From assembly GCF_000143415.4 (NCBI RefSeq), contig NW_003314328.1, positions 771,889 to 835,888 on the forward strand: a DNA stretch of 64,000 nt. The letters are read 5' to 3'. Source of the stretch: Selaginella moellendorffii (taxonomy: Eukaryota > Plantae > Lycopodiophyta). The position numbers and the translations under genes were made by a program. Below are positions 61,828 through 64,000 of the stretch, one piece after another; within the stretch, counting starts at the first letter, position 1, and the number at the start of each line of letters is the position of its first letter. The notes below the pieces were generated by a model that had not been told where the DNA came from, made no database searches, and was given only the letters and a program-made list of their open reading frames with translations.

Positions 61828-62463
61828 GCTTATAATGGCGTGTGCCCTCATGCCATTTACTTGATCACCAAATACCTTTTTCCCTTTGCACTAGTATATC
61901 TTAATACCGGTCTGAGAAATAGAATGGCATGTGCCCTTAGGCCTTTTACTAAATCACCTTTGAAAGAAATGCAAGCCTCTATGTCGTAAAAAAAAGGTAC
62001 TAGAGAAATTCCTTAATAATATGAATGTTATTTAGTTTCATGAAAATACACTAAGGGTCAAATGAGTTAAGTGACTTCTCTAGACTAGCAATGCCTCTTG
62101 ATACACCTTCACAATTAGATTCGTTAGAAAAAGATAACGTTGAATAATATCTAAATGTTCTCACCATTAAGTTATATGTCTGGCTAATAGGAATGACATT
62201 CATCTTGGAAAGCTCACCACACGCTCAATGAATAAACAAATAGTGTGCACGCGCATGCCATCGCTCTTCTTTAGCTTCAAATTCGGTTTGTTCACTTTGA
62301 CAATGAGATTTATTATACAACCAGATGGACTCAGTCTGGACACAAAGTCACCGTGCTAGTCACCATGCCCCAGATATGTCTAGCCCCTGGACAAAAAACA
62401 TATAATTTCACATCATTTTCAAATACTTGAAAATTTGTACCTAGTCCCATTTTACTGAATAAA

Positions 62464-62487
62464 TCCCACTTTAACGAAATAGAGCTT
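62464..62487 (-). repeat. Right TIR, copy 2
   Basis: tcccactttaacgaaatagagctt followed by TSD aaaa. Confidence 0.93.
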
Positions 62488-62491
62488 AAAA

Positions 62492-63088
62492 GACGATTGT
62501 TTTGGGCTTTCACCGGACTCATACTTAGACTCGGACTCAGACTCAAACTCGGACTTAGACTCAGACTTAGACTCAGACTTGAACTCGGACTCGATCTTGG
62601 TCTCAGTCTCGATTTTGGTCTTGGTCTCAGTCTCAGTTTGGGTCTCAGTCTCGGTCTCAATTTGGGTCTCAGTCTCGGTCTCAGTCTCGGTCTTATATTA
62701 GTCTTGGTCTCAGTCTTGGTCTTGGTCTTGATCTCGGTCTCGGTCTTGGTCTTGGTCTTGGTCTCGGTCTCGGTCTCGGTCTTGGTTTGGGTCCTGGTCT
62801 CAGTCCCAGTCTTAGTCCCCATTTTAGTCTTCATCTCGGACTCCTTCTCGGACTCCATCTCAAAATCCATTTCAGACTCCTTTTCAAACTCCTTCTCAGA
62901 CTCTATTTTAGATTCCTTCTCGGACTCCATCTCGGACTCCATCCTGGACTCCATCTTGGACTCCGTCTCAAATTCTTTCTTGGACTCTATCTTATACTTG
63001 ATCTTGACACTTCCATGTGTCACTACACTTGCCATATGTTAGTCCTTCTTGTGTTTCTTTTTAGAGACTCATTCACCAATTACTTTGT
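62492..63088 (-). mobile_element. Old family-A LTR, continuation (minisatellite part), cut again by transposon copy 3
   Basis: Decayed GACTCG/GTCTCG and GGACTCCATCTC arrays, then cacttccatgtgtca as at 2144-2158. Confidence 0.82.
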
Positions 63089-64000
63089 AAGCTCTATTTC
63101 GTTAAAGTGGGAATTGTCATTATCCCACTTGTAAAATAAGGTTTCCAAACCTTTATATAGTATATAAATATAACAAAATTCAACTGCATTGAGGCACATG
63201 CCATTTTATTTTAAACAAGGAAATGTCTACTCAATCACTTCTCCTCCCCCTGCCACTGCTTCACCTCTCTCTTCTCCTTGTCATCGTCGTCTAATTTCTT
63301 TCCATCCTTTTAATATTGGCTCAGTTGCTCCGAGTCTAGGTGGAGCCCAAGTCCCCATTCAATCTTTACTTTCCCCTTATTAATAAAACAACTTCGTAGA
63401 CTTCCAATAACATGCTGTAACACTTCTAGTATAATGCAAATCCTCTCAAAGAATTGTCTTTTAATATTAATACAATGGCATGGAACCCCATGCCATAATA
63501 AGTTACATTTTTAAATAAATACATGCCATCTCAGATTGTTATTTTTTGCCTCCAACGCCTATACAATAATCTTGGAATTTCATCACTCTCCACACTATCA
63601 GGATTTAAACCCAATAGTAATGCCATCTCTTCTCTAATACGTCCACGCTCATGTTCAGTGGTCAAAGAACCCATCCGGTTGAGCAGATTATGGAGATGCG
63701 GATAGTGTTTGGCTAGACAATATACATGCCATAAATGATGACTGGTGTCTGTCCGATCAAATGGCTTCTGATATACCGTTCCATCTGCCATTTGGTTGAT
63801 TTCTACAGCCACCTCCTAGACTGGCCGGTTCTCTATCACCATCGCTTCAAGCCGTTTTGCAAGGTCCCCCAGAACATACGGTTTCTTCTCCCTAGTTTCC
63901 ATACTGCAAGAGATGGGGTGCACTGCATATGTGTGCGTGTTCACTGCAGTTTTAATTGGCGAGTCATCGATGATGAGGATTTCACTTGACCTAGCAGTCC
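63089..64000 (+). mobile_element. Left end of TIR DNA transposon, copy 3 (includes 3' end of the phosphatase exon on -)
   Basis: Near-identical to 47606-48517 and begins with the same 24-bp TIR, but with a different left flank (ttgt). Confidence 0.93.

Larger units (their letters stand above)
47700..62261. repeat. Dispersed 22-bp palindrome ATGGCRTGWGGCCWCAYGCCAT, ~29 copies
   Basis: Starts at 47700, 47992, 50918, 50993, 52178, 52333, 52469, 52724, 52820, 52925, 53066, 54565, 55842, 55902, 55979, 57698, 58204, 58301, 58371, 59531, 59588, 60929, 61075, 61235, 61315, 61428, 61835, 61924, 62240 (some degenerate); also 30, 119 and 435 in copy 1. Confidence 0.9.
47606..62487 (+). mobile_element. 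Large Sola-like (DUF7869-type DDD transposase) TIR DNA transposon with cargo gene; complete copy
   Basis: Perfect 24-bp TIRs (47606-47629, 62464-62487), AAAA direct repeats at 47602-47605 and 62488-62491, an empty site that reconstitutes the host LTR, an internal transposase, and two more copies in the window. The superfamily assignment is less certain than the boundaries. Confidence 0.9.

Noticed and set aside
47606-62487. Classification as CACTA, hAT, Mutator or Helitron
   Set aside because: Termini are not CACTA, the TSD is 4 bp rather than 3, 8 or 9-11, TIRs are present, and the catalytic motifs (DNxxxENKN, HTHEDxD) fit the Sola-like/DUF7869 type.

Overview
Repeat-dense plant genomic DNA with no host gene recognised. 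(CCCTAAA)n motifs, tiny GT-AG introns and the retroelement lineages suggest a non-seed land plant, but that is inference. Positions 683-47605 are a nested pile of decayed retroelements: two copies of a chromodomain Ty3/gypsy element (family B), a related non-coding LTR family with minisatellite LTRs (family A), Tat-like gypsy pieces with an extra RNase H before RT (family C), a third gypsy (family D) and L1-type LINEs. The main result is a ~14.9-kb DNA transposon at 47606-62487 (about 13 kb without an inserted solo LTR), with 24-bp TIRs and a 4-bp AAAA TSD. Ends of two more copies lie at 1-682 and 63089-64000. All three are co-oriented and sit inside family-A LTRs. The element carries a Sola-like/DUF7869-type DDD transposase on +. 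On - it carries a hand-reconstructed 15-exon, ~1746-codon gene: ParB/Srx-like domain, degenerate N6/N4-methyltransferase-like domain, long disordered linker and FCP1/NIF-type HAD phosphatase domain. About 29 copies of a 22-bp palindrome (ATGGCRTGWGGCCWCAYGCCAT) are spread through the element, including 9 of the 14 introns, and I saw no full copy in the flanking retroelements. This suggests a transposon-encoded ParB/parS-like self-recognition or anti-silencing system. Domain calls are by eye from motifs; no searches were run.
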